DNA of 25,075 nt from Candidatus Kaiserbacteria bacterium (GTDB taxonomy: Bacteria > Patescibacteriota > Minisyncoccia > Phycocordibacterales > UBA918), in NCBI GenBank assembly GCA_043757305.1, contig JAYVPP010000056.1:1-25075 (forward strand), given 5' to 3'. The notes under the pieces are model-generated. The model was not told where the DNA came from and searched no databases. It was given only the letters and a program-made list of their open reading frames with translations. Shown one piece after another: positions 8,425 through 16,041 of this stretch; within the stretch, counting starts at the first letter, position 1; every line of letters begins with the position of its first letter. The position numbers and the translations under genes were made by a program.

Positions 8425-10613
8425 TTTGTTGTCGACGCTGTCTCGTTTGGAGTGCTGAGGGGAGTGGTGCTACCTGCAAGAGGTATCAACGACTGCTTCC
8501 AAAGTGTGACAGGGTATTCCCAGTACTTATACTGTGGATCACTTGCAGGATTGTTTGGGTATGGTCCTCGAGGATCATCTTTGATCACGTACTGCAAAAT
8601 ATCGTGGGCAGAACCAAGTGCTCCACCCAGGTCGACAGTGCTGCTGCCATCACCCACGCTACCCTGTGCGTACCAGATACCACGAAGCACGGGCTTGATA
8701 TCAGATGGCAATGGGTCGGGCTCAGTGAACTTTTTGTCAGGGCGTTTCGTGAGCGCAAAATCCATAAACTCACGCCACATCGGAGACACAATGAAACCAG
8801 CTACCTGATGAGCCATCGAGTGATTATTGTTGTTTCCTGCCCATGCCCCCACTGCAAGTGTTGGTGTATAGCCAATGATCCACGTGTCTCGGTAGTCGTT
8901 GGTGGTGCCTGTTTTTGCGGCGACATCCTTACCTTCAAAATGGAGAGGAGAATTCCACCCATACGAAGGCGCACGCGCAGCATTGTCCGACAGGACGCCT
9001 GATATCTGTCGAGCAACCTGAGGGTCAATAATTTGTGTTGAATTATCTTTATACTCTTCTACAACCTTTCCTTGCGCATCTTCAATACGGAGAATACCGG
9101 TGATGTCGTGCTTTTTTCCTTCATCGCCAAACACACCGTACGCACCTACCATGTCGAGCAGCTTCACCTCACCACCACCGAGTACGAGCGTGAGACCATA
9201 GTGGGCTTTGTCGGTGAGGGTTGAGATGCCGAGGTCGCGCGCAAACTTTATCGCATTATCGACACCTACGAGATAGAGCAGCTTCACTGCGGGGACGTTG
9301 ATCGACTGTGCAAGTGCATCGCGAAGCTTCATGGGGCCGCGGAATTTCGCATCGTAGTTTACTGGGGCATAACAATTGTCAGCTGTCGTGAGGTTGTCGA
9401 CAGCGCAAGCAGTAGAAAACTCAGTCTTGAGGTCAAAGATAACCGTATCTGGTGTATATCCAATCTTAAACGCTGCTGCGTACACAAATGGTTTGAACGA
9501 CGAGCCAGGCTGGCGCGTTGCAACCGCAATATTGAAATTACCGTCGATAGCTTTGTCAAAATAATCACGCGAACCAACCATGGTGAGTATCTGGCCTGTC
9601 TGAGGGTCGGTCGCGACAATAGCCGCATTTTCTGCATCAAAGGTGATTTTATTTTTGAGTGCCCATTTCTTTGCTACTTCCTCCGCTTTTTCCTCGAGTG
9701 GATAGTCGAGGGTCGAGATGACCTTAAAGCCCCGCTCACCAAGCGACTCCTCACCATATTTTTGTGCAAGGTAATCACGAATAAAAAATACAAAGTGTGG
9801 CGCGCGAATGCCGGTCGCAGACTGTGGTCTAAACGCCACGACTTCTTTGCGTGCCTGCTCGTACTCATCACTCGTAATGAAATTATGCTTTTTCATTTGT
9901 ATGAGCACGAGGTTTTTTCGATTTTCTAGATCGTTGCGGTGTTCGCCGTATGGAGAGAGGTACGTGGGTGCTTGCGGTAGTGCTGAGATATACGCAGCTT
10001 CAGCGATGGTGACATCCGCTGCACTCTTTCCAAAAAATGATTGAGTGGCCTCTTCTACGCCATAGAGCGTGCCGCCGTAGGGCGACTCATTTAGGTAGTG
10101 TCCAAGGATTTCTTCTTTTGTTAGTTGACGCTCGAGCTTGATGGCAAGAATTGCCTCTTTTATTTTTCGAGTAAGCGTCTTGTCGTGCATGAGAAGTGAG
10201 TTTTTGATGACCTGCTGTGTAATAGTCGAGCCACCCTGGCCATGAAAATCCCCCCCTGAGAGATTGGCAAGGGCAGCTCGCAGAATAGAAAGTGGACGGA
10301 TACCGATGTGCTCAAAAAACGTGTCGTCTTCAATAGCAACCGTAGCGTTTTTTATGTTGCGCGAGATATTTTCGTAGGGCACCACCGAACGGCGGACGTC
10401 TTGATGGAGGTCGTAGAGGAGAATTTGTCCAGTACGGTCATAGATTTTTGTAGACTGAAGTACGCGGCGCTGGTCAAACGACGAAAGGTCAGGTATCTGA
10501 AGGGTCGACACCCACATCATGAGGATACCGGCACCAATAAACCCAACGGCCACAAGGCCTATGAAGATATCAATGAGGATTTCTTTCAGGTGATGTCGGA
10601 GAAAACTACGCAT
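8421..10613 (-). CDS. Class A penicillin-binding protein (PBP1A family, transglycosylase + transpeptidase)
   Basis: TM anchor; TG motifs EDDTFFEHIG, GGSTITQQVIK, RKIKE; TP motifs RQPGSSFK, SIN, KTGT. Start taken as ATG 10613 (track gives 10679). Confidence 0.95.
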   Translation of the reverse strand: MRSFLRHHLKEILIDIFIGLVAVGFIGAGILMMWVSTLQIPDLSSFDQRRVLQSTKIYDRTGQILLYDLHQDVRRSVVPYENISRNIKNATVAIEDDTFFEHIGIRPLSILRAALANLSGGDFHGQGGSTITQQVIKNSLLMHDKTLTRKIKEAILAIKLERQLTKEEILGHYLNESPYGGTLYGVEEATQSFFGKSAADVTIAEAAYISALPQAPTYLSPYGEHRNDLENRKNLVLIQMKKHNFITSDEYEQARKEVVAFRPQSATGIRAPHFVFFIRDYLAQKYGEESLGERGFKVISTLDYPLEEKAEEVAKKWALKNKITFDAENAAIVATDPQTGQILTMVGSRDYFDKAIDGNFNIAVATRQPGSSFKPFVYAAAFKIGYTPDTVIFDLKTEFSTACAVDNLTTADNCYAPVNYDAKFRGPMKLRDALAQSINVPAVKLLYLVGVDNAIKFARDLGISTLTDKAHYGLTLVLGGGEVKLLDMVGAYGVFGDEGKKHDITGILRIEDAQGKVVEEYKDNSTQIIDPQVARQISGVLSDNAARAPSYGWNSPLHFEGKDVAAKTGTTNDYRDTWIIGYTPTLAVGAWAGNNNNHSMAHQVAGFIVSPMWREFMDFALTKRPDKKFTEPDPLPSDIKPVLRGIWYAQGSVGDGSSTVDLGGALGSAHDILQYVIKDDPRGPYPNNPASDPQYKYWEYPVTLWKQSLIPLAGSTTPLSTPNETASTTN

Positions 10614-10717
10614 AGAATGGTTTATATACAACAATGAGTCGATAGTGTTCATAGTATCACGAAGGTGTAGAGGAGACATGCAAGCCCCTTTATAAATATG
10701 CTAAAGTGTCCCTATAT

Positions 10718-11917
10718 ATGAAAAAAGTCATTGTCGACGAGCAAAAAATCGACGAACTCCTCTCACGCGGTGTCTCCGAGGTTATTGTCCGAGACGACCT
10801 AAAAAAGAAACTCATGAGCGGCAAGCGTCTGCGAGTGAAGCTTGGCATTGACCCGACGAGCCCCCATATTCACATTGGTCGCTCAATACCGCTCCTCAAG
10901 CTCCGCGATTTCGAAGAGCTGGGCCACCAGGTGGTACTCATAGTGGGTGACTTCACTGGACAAATCGGAGACACCTCCGACAAAGAGAGTGAACGACCAA
11001 TGCTCGACAAAAAAACCATCGACCAAAATAAAAAAAGCTATTTCAAACAGGTCGCAAAGATTATCGATACAAAAAAAGCTGAGCTCCACTATAACTCCGC
11101 ATGGCTCTCAAAGCTTAAGTACGCTGACATCGGCGCACATGCAGATGTTTTCTCCGTCGCAGACTTCATCTCGCGTGAAAATATTGCAAAACGTCTTGAA
11201 AAAGGAAGTCGTGTTTCACTTCGTGAAGTGCTCTATCCACTCATGCAGGGCTATGACAGTGTGGCTATTAAAGCAGACGTTGAGCTCGGCGGCACTGACC
11301 AAAAGTTTAATGTCCTTGCCGGACGTCCGCTTCAGGAAAAATACGGACAAGAGCCTCAAAACGTTATGTTGAATCCACTCATCAATGGGCTCGACGGGCG
11401 CAAAATGAGCTCGTCGTGGGGTAATGTGATCAACCTCGAGACGCCAGCACCCGACATGTACGGAAAGGTGATGAGTATGGCAGACAGCGAGATCGTGACC
11501 TACTTCAGTGTAGTCACACGCGTGCCACTTTCGGAGGTGGAGGGAATTGAGCGATCTCTCGCGGCAGGCATGAACCCTCGTGATGCAAAAATGCGCCTCG
11601 CCCGAGAAATTGTGCGTATGTACCATGGTGAAAAGGAAGCACAAAGTGCAGAAGCGACATTTGTTGCAACCTTTCAAGAAAAAAGTATTCCCGACGATGT
11701 TGCGGTTGTGAAAGTGGGTGAGGCTAGAGCTGTTCCAGATGCGCTCGTGAAAGCAGGTATCGTAGCCTCAAAGACTGAGCTCACTCGTCTGCTTCAGGCT
11801 GGTGGCGTGCGCCACGCAGAGTCAGGAGAAAAAATTTCTGCAATCGCAGACATTGTCAAAGGAGAGTCGGTATTGAAAGTTGGAAAACGACGGTTTGTAA
11901 AAATTGTTCTTGGATAG
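10718..11917 (+). CDS. tyrS: Tyrosine--tRNA ligase
   Basis: GIDPTSPHIHIGR, YPLMQGYD, GGTDQKFN, KMSSS, C-terminal S4-like domain ending VGKRRFVKI. Extended -10 TGcTAAAGT at 10699-10707 favours ATG 10718. Confidence 0.97.
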   Translation: MKKVIVDEQKIDELLSRGVSEVIVRDDLKKKLMSGKRLRVKLGIDPTSPHIHIGRSIPLLKLRDFEELGHQVVLIVGDFTGQIGDTSDKESERPMLDKKTIDQNKKSYFKQVAKIIDTKKAELHYNSAWLSKLKYADIGAHADVFSVADFISRENIAKRLEKGSRVSLREVLYPLMQGYDSVAIKADVELGGTDQKFNVLAGRPLQEKYGQEPQNVMLNPLINGLDGRKMSSSWGNVINLETPAPDMYGKVMSMADSEIVTYFSVVTRVPLSEVEGIERSLAAGMNPRDAKMRLAREIVRMYHGEKEAQSAEATFVATFQEKSIPDDVAVVKVGEARAVPDALVKAGIVASKTELTRLLQAGGVRHAESGEKISAIADIVKGESVLKVGKRRFVKIVLG

Positions 11918-11924
11918 TCAAAAA

Positions 11925-11968
11925 TATCTAACAAAAATCCTCGCATATGCGAGGATTTTTGTTAGATA
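11925..11968. terminator. 44-bp perfect palindrome, bidirectional terminator between tyrS and the acidic protein
   Basis: TATCTAACAAAAATCCTCGCAT|ATGCGAGGATTTTTGTTAGATA, 22-bp arms, A5/T5 tracts on both sides. Confidence 0.8.
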
Positions 11969-12171
11969 GGGTCTATATCGTCGTGGCGATCGAAGTCAAC
12001 AATTTTTTCATCCTCGTCATCTTCGTCGGCAGCCGGAGCGAGCGCGAGCTCTGTATCAAGACCATCGTCCACTGCCGAATCGTCCCCGATCTCATCGAGT
12101 GCGTCGTCAGCAATAGCTGCATCTTCGTCTTCTTTTTCTTCTTCGTCATCACGAAAGGTCATGTGGGTCAT
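11962..12171 (-). CDS. Small, extremely acidic protein
   Basis: 69 aa with 31 D/E and 4 K/R. Candidate promoter TTGCAC-N17-TACAAC (12228-12200, minus strand); terminator immediately downstream. Start could be the second Met (12162). Confidence 0.7.
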   Translation of the reverse strand: MTHMTFRDDEEEKEDEDAAIADDALDEIGDDSAVDDGLDTELALAPAADEDDEDEKIVDFDRHDDIDPI

Positions 12172-12252
12172 GGTATAGATTATTTTCTGCTACGTGACTG
12201 TTGTACCAAAGGTACACTCTTTGTGCAAATCGAAGAGGGGATAACTTCGCAA

Positions 12253-12351
12253 CTGTCCTGGCGTGACATATTTTTCACCCGCTCGGACGTTCGTGTTGCT
12301 ACTATGGGCATTGGGTCCCACGAAGGTTCAAAATATGTCACGCCAGGACAG
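12253..12351. repeat. 22-bp perfect inverted repeat enclosing 55 nt (long hairpin)
   Basis: CTGTCCTGGCGTGACATATTTT (12253-12274) / AAAATATGTCACGCCAGGACAG (12330-12351); inner TTCGTG/CACGAA helix (12290-12295/12319-12324). Confidence 0.85.
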
Positions 12352-12372
12352 CCCAGTCTTACGCTGCCGAGT

Positions 12373-12846
12373 TTAGCTTTTTTCACTAACCAAGCAGGTG
12401 ATTGCAGCAGCAATGGCGTCGTACTCGTCATCAAGTGCGGATGCGGGGATATTTTGAACTAAACGACGGAGCATATCTTCCACCTGCTCCTTCTTGCTCG
12501 CTCCATGACCAGTCACAGCTATCTTGATGGCCTGCGGGCTATATTCAAAGACCGACACATCGTGCGCTTGGCAGACGTAGAGTATGACGCCGCGTGCTTC
12601 CGCGACATTCAGTGCCGTCTTCACATTTTTGTTAAAGAAGAGTGTTTCGATCCCGAGCCGTGTAGGCGCATATTCTGTCACAATCTTTGCGAGCGCTTCA
12701 CCAGCCTCGAGAAGTCGCTTCGGGATAGATGCTTTTTTGTCTGTGGTGATACATGTCGAAAAAATCAGACGCTGCGAATGTACATCGCCTTCAAGTATGG
12801 CAACACCAAGGCGGTCGTATCCAGGGTCAATTCCTATTACTCGCAT
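12373..12846 (-). CDS. ruvC: Holliday junction resolvase RuvC
   Basis: MRVIGIDPG, GIETLFFNKN, AEARGV, KIAVTGHGASKKEQV, DDEYDAIAAA. Confidence 0.97.
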   Translation of the reverse strand: MRVIGIDPGYDRLGVAILEGDVHSQRLIFSTCITTDKKASIPKRLLEAGEALAKIVTEYAPTRLGIETLFFNKNVKTALNVAEARGVILYVCQAHDVSVFEYSPQAIKIAVTGHGASKKEQVEDMLRRLVQNIPASALDDEYDAIAAAITCLVSEKS

Positions 12847-12867
12847 AAAAAGAGTATATCGTGAAGT

Positions 12868-12936
12868 GGAAGCGTCGGGCAGTGATTTTAAAAGGTGGGG
12901 GTAGGTCTGGGTTTAAAATCACTGCCCGAGGCTTCC
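12868..12936. repeat. Long inverted repeat (18 bp perfect + 1 mismatch + 6 bp) with a G-rich 19-nt loop
   Basis: GGAAGC-G-TCGGGCAGTGATTTTAAA / TTTAAAATCACTGCCCGA-G-GCTTCC; loop AGGTGGGGGTAGGTCTGGG. Confidence 0.85.
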
Positions 12937-12998
12937 TTAACCGCGCTTGTTCTTTTTGACTGCCTGTGGCACAGTGCACACAGCAAAAGGAGGCTTAG

Positions 12999-13409
12999 AT
13001 GTCCAACGTACTAGATCTTTCTCTCGATTTTTATCGGTTTTCAGCGGTTACTACTATCCGGTCGGCTCAGGGCAAGGCTTTGGACCACAGGTCACACTTC
13101 GGCGTAATTGTGCGGGGCAGCTCGATTCTGCAGTACGCGCAATTCTATCAGATTGGCAGCGTACTCATTGCGCAAAAGCTGGACGTACCAAGCAGGGAGC
13201 AACTCAGACGAGGGGCTCATGTGGTGGTTAACACATCGCAGGGAGAGTACCCCAACCTCTCACTGCGCCTCTTTGACTCACAAAACCCACACAATACTTC
13301 TTTGGTGAAAACGCTTCCCCAAAATAAGATCCGCCAGACCTTCAGCTCTAGTAGTGTCATTGGTGTTATTGTAGCTGTCGCAGTAGACAAGGCGAAGTCA
13401 TTTCTCTAG
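12999..13409 (+). CDS. Stand-alone S24/LexA C-terminal-like domain protein, catalytic Lys apparently absent
   Basis: Strong SD AAGGAGG 5 nt before ATG and a terminator after the stop. FGVIVRGSSI ~ FxLxVxGDSM, IGSVLIA ~ GDxLxV, RGAHVVV ~ NGxVVV, VIGVIVAV ~ IxGxVV. No HTH. Confidence 0.55.
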   Translation: MSNVLDLSLDFYRFSAVTTIRSAQGKALDHRSHFGVIVRGSSILQYAQFYQIGSVLIAQKLDVPSREQLRRGAHVVVNTSQGEYPNLSLRLFDSQNPHNTSLVKTLPQNKIRQTFSSSSVIGVIVAVAVDKAKSFL

Positions 13410-13416
13410 CAAAAAC

Positions 13417-13445
13417 AAAACCTCCACAAAATATGTGGAGGTTTT
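13417..13445. terminator. Bidirectional intrinsic terminator between the S24-like gene and yebC
   Basis: AAAACCTCCACA-aaata-TGTGGAGGTTTT, 12-bp stem. Confidence 0.85.
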
Positions 13446-13464
13446 TTACTTGAGACTCTATTAT

Positions 13465-14001
13465 TTATTCCACCTCGTCTGCAGACGTAAACACATCCTG
13501 CACGTCGTCGTTGTCTTCAATAGCCTCAATAAGATTTGCGAGCTTCTCGCCATCTTCGTCGCCGAGCGCCATCGGCATAGTAGGAATGTATCGGCCATCT
13601 TTTTTTACAAACGCCCATGATGCGCTGCCGGGGGTACCAAGCGCGTAGCCTTCTTTCGTAAAGATATGTCGGATCTCCTGACTTGTGCGGTTGTTGTTGT
13701 CGGTTAGTCCCGTAATGACGAGCGCCACACCACCAGGGCCAAACGCCTCAAAGGTGACGTCGGTCATTGCTGCTTCCGTTCCTTTTCCTTTTTGAAGCGC
13801 ACGTTCGATATTTTCTCCTGGCATCGAGTCTGCCTTAGCGCGCTCGACAGCAGCACGCACCGTCGATGCATCGCTATTGCCACCCGCTCGCTTTACTTCA
13901 GTGGCGATGAGGCTCGCATGCTTTGAAAAAATCTTGCTCCGCTCGGAATCCAGCGCACCCTTCTTTCGTTTAATCTTTGACCATTTATTATGACCTGACA
14001 T
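13465..14001 (-). CDS. yebC: YebC/PmpR family protein, short form
   Basis: MSGHNKWSKIKRKKG, MPGENIERA, FEAFGPGGVAL, TDNNNRT, EDNDDVQDVF; 178 aa. Confidence 0.95.
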   Translation of the reverse strand: MSGHNKWSKIKRKKGALDSERSKIFSKHASLIATEVKRAGGNSDASTVRAAVERAKADSMPGENIERALQKGKGTEAAMTDVTFEAFGPGGVALVITGLTDNNNRTSQEIRHIFTKEGYALGTPGSASWAFVKKDGRYIPTMPMALGDEDGEKLANLIEAIEDNDDVQDVFTSADEVE

Positions 14002-14010
14002 AAATTAATT

Positions 14011-14673
14011 TTATTTATCTTCAATTTCTCTTAAAATTCTTAATTTCTCTTTATCAATTGCGACCCTGTTTATCCTGGGATAACTCTGAGAAATCAGTAG
14101 ATATATATTTGAGTATAAAGGGGACAATAGAAAGTTTGTCTTTTGCATACCTAAACAGCGAATATATGCCATATAATCAAACGTGCATTCTTCCATCATA
14201 GAGATATCAGTTCTGAAGTCCACCCAGCCTTTCTTGATTGCTTCTACTGCATTACTTTTCTCAGACAAGGGTAATTTTCGAAAATCTGTGTACAAAGACC
14301 ACAAGTGAACAATATTTCCATTATAACGGTTAAACCAGATATTGAGCTTAATAGTTCTATTAAGCAACTCTATATTAGATATTGTTTCTATAATTTTTTC
14401 ATCAACTAGGTCTAGTTCTTCTATCCAGTTGGCCCAAAGTTCTCCTTTTTCTAAAGAGGTGATTAGCGCAGAGATAAAACGCTTTGATTCAACAAGATAA
14501 GTTTGATTAGTTGCAGTTATAATCTGTAACTTAGAAATATTTTTCCTTTCAATAATATATTTTTCATAGCCCGACTTTAGTAGCCATGCAAGGAAAACGA
14601 ACGTAGCCGTTATAAAAGACGCTTCCAAGGAGCCAACTCCGGCTTGAAATTTTTGAATCAAAAAATCAATCAT
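14011..14673 (-). CDS. AT-rich hypothetical protein with one N-terminal TM helix
   Basis: 220-aa ORF with an ATGA overlap to the ruvB stop. Sampled 60-nt lines have 13-22 G+C, against 44 in the adjacent ruvB line. Confidence 0.8.
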   Translation of the reverse strand: MIDFLIQKFQAGVGSLEASFITATFVFLAWLLKSGYEKYIIERKNISKLQIITATNQTYLVESKRFISALITSLEKGELWANWIEELDLVDEKIIETISNIELLNRTIKLNIWFNRYNGNIVHLWSLYTDFRKLPLSEKSNAVEAIKKGWVDFRTDISMMEECTFDYMAYIRCLGMQKTNFLLSPLYSNIYLLISQSYPRINRVAIDKEKLRILREIEDK

Positions 14674-15689
14674 TTCCCTAAATGTTCGTAGGCGTCCTGG
14701 GTGGCGGTGCGGCCGCGCGGTGTGCGCTCGATGAGGCCTTGGCGGAGGAGGTGTGGCTCAATAACGTCTTCGATGGTTGCTTGTTCTTCTGAGAGCGCGG
14801 CCGCGAGAGTGTTAAGACCCACCGGACCACCGCGATACTTTTCGATGATGAGCCGCAAGAGCTGGCGGTCGAGTGCATGAAGACCGCGTTCGTCGATATC
14901 GAGCAGTGTAAATGTTTTTGAGATAATGTTTGCATCGATATCGCCACCTTCGAGCTGTGCTAGGTCACGGCAGCGTTTGAGGAGGTAGTTGGCCGTGCGC
15001 GGCGTAGCACGCGCACGCTTGGCGATGGCACGGAATGCGTCGGTTGACGCTTTGATGCCGAGCACCTTTGCAGAGCGCGAAAGAATCGTGACGATCTCTT
15101 CATCACTGTAATACTCCAGGCGGAAGGTACCACCAGAAAAACGTGAGCGGAGTGGCGCTGAAAGCATTGCGATGCGTGTGGTGGCAGCCACGAGTGTAAA
15201 CGGAGGGAGGTCGAGCTGCACGGTGCGTGCTGAGGGACCTTTGCCGATGATAAGATCGAGAACGCCAGACTCCATCGCAGGGTAGAGGACTTCGTCCACG
15301 GCCTTCGAAAGGCGGTGTATTTCGTCGATAAAAAGCACATCGCCAGGAGAGAGGTTTGTGAGGATAGAGGCGAGGTCGCCAACACGCTCGATAGCTGGAC
15401 CAGACGTCGTGCGCATGTTGGTGCCGAGGGTCTGAGCTATGAGGTTTGCAAGCGTCGTCTTGCCCAAACCTGGTGGCCCATAGAGCAAAATATGCTCGGG
15501 AGCATGACCGCGCTCACGCGCTGCAGTGAGCAAAATACGGAGGTTTTCCTTCGTTTTTTCCTGTCCTACGTACTCCTCCCAGGTCTTCGGACGAAGGGTT
15601 TGGTCGAGTGAGCCATGACCTCCGTGGGTATAGGCAAAAACCTCACTTGAGACGGGTTCGGGCGAAGATGAAGGGGGAGTGCTTGACAT
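14670..15689 (-). CDS. ruvB: Holliday junction branch migration helicase RuvB
   Basis: LRPKTWEEYVGQ, GPPGLGKTT, LFIDEIHRL, ATTR..LSAPLRSRF, RTPRGR. Confidence 0.98.
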   Translation of the reverse strand: MSSTPPSSSPEPVSSEVFAYTHGGHGSLDQTLRPKTWEEYVGQEKTKENLRILLTAARERGHAPEHILLYGPPGLGKTTLANLIAQTLGTNMRTTSGPAIERVGDLASILTNLSPGDVLFIDEIHRLSKAVDEVLYPAMESGVLDLIIGKGPSARTVQLDLPPFTLVAATTRIAMLSAPLRSRFSGGTFRLEYYSDEEIVTILSRSAKVLGIKASTDAFRAIAKRARATPRTANYLLKRCRDLAQLEGGDIDANIISKTFTLLDIDERGLHALDRQLLRLIIEKYRGGPVGLNTLAAALSEEQATIEDVIEPHLLRQGLIERTPRGRTATQDAYEHLGK

Positions 15690-15711
15690 AAAATATATTC
15701 TATGCTAATAT
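15683..15711 (+). promoter_or_regulatory. Near-consensus sigma70 promoter facing away from ruvB
   Basis: TTGACA-N17-TAATAT with an extended -10 TG; predicted TSS near 15718. Confidence 0.6.
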
Positions 15712-15798
15712 AGCATTGTTAGTTCGCATACCCATTATAGCAGCAGACGAGGGTATTTCACGCAAGGCTCGCTCGGGCCTCGTTTCATCGAAAAAAGA

Positions 15799-15948
15799 AT
15801 ATCCAGCCGATAACTCTCGGAACAACATTGGTTGGTTCGCGGGGGTGTTTTGGTCCTCTACTTCGGTAGTGCCACTGGGGCATACCTTGGCAAAACAATC
15901 ACTTTTCATACAAGAGAAGGTTTGTTCCGAGAGTTATATGTTGGATAT
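15799..15948 (+). ncRNA. Candidate structured ncRNA with 6S-RNA-like architecture
   Basis: 9-bp plus 16-bp closing helices (ATAACTCTCGGAACAA 15810-15825 / TTGTTCCGAGAGTTAT 15922-15937), central bubble, inner helix 15843-15852/15891-15900, C(UUCG)G hairpin 15858-15869. G-U pairs favour the + strand; lies between a promoter and a terminator. Confidence 0.55.
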
Positions 15949-15954
15949 GAAAAG

Positions 15955-15991
15955 AACGCTGTGCTTTGGACTATAGCACAGCGTTTTTTTT
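15955..15991 (+). terminator. Intrinsic terminator (probably also serves pilB on the minus strand)
   Basis: AACGCTGTGCT / AGCACAGCGTT 11-bp stem, with a T8 run at 15984-15991. Confidence 0.85.
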
Positions 15992-16041
15992 GTGCACTCT
16001 TGACCACGCAAAATCTCTGTTCGTAAATATAGACGATAATT

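Noticed and set aside
12964-12983. E. coli-type SOS box upstream of the S24-like gene
   Set aside because: CTGT...ACAG spacing is N3 or N12, not N8; kept only as a generic dyad.
14002-14010. Integron attC site after the AT-rich gene
   Set aside because: The gap is only 9 nt, with no RYYYAAC/GTTRRRY core sites or palindrome.
15841-15865. GGGGGTGTTTTGG resembling a tmRNA 5' end
   Set aside because: No TTCGAC after it and no T-arm or CCA acceptor 3' half nearby in either normal or permuted order.
15700-16026. ORFs 15716-15976, 15832-16026 and 15700-15909
   Set aside because: Non-ATG or poorly placed starts (one precedes the predicted TSS), two run into or through the terminator, and there are no motifs. 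The RNA structure explains the region better. Not formally excluded.
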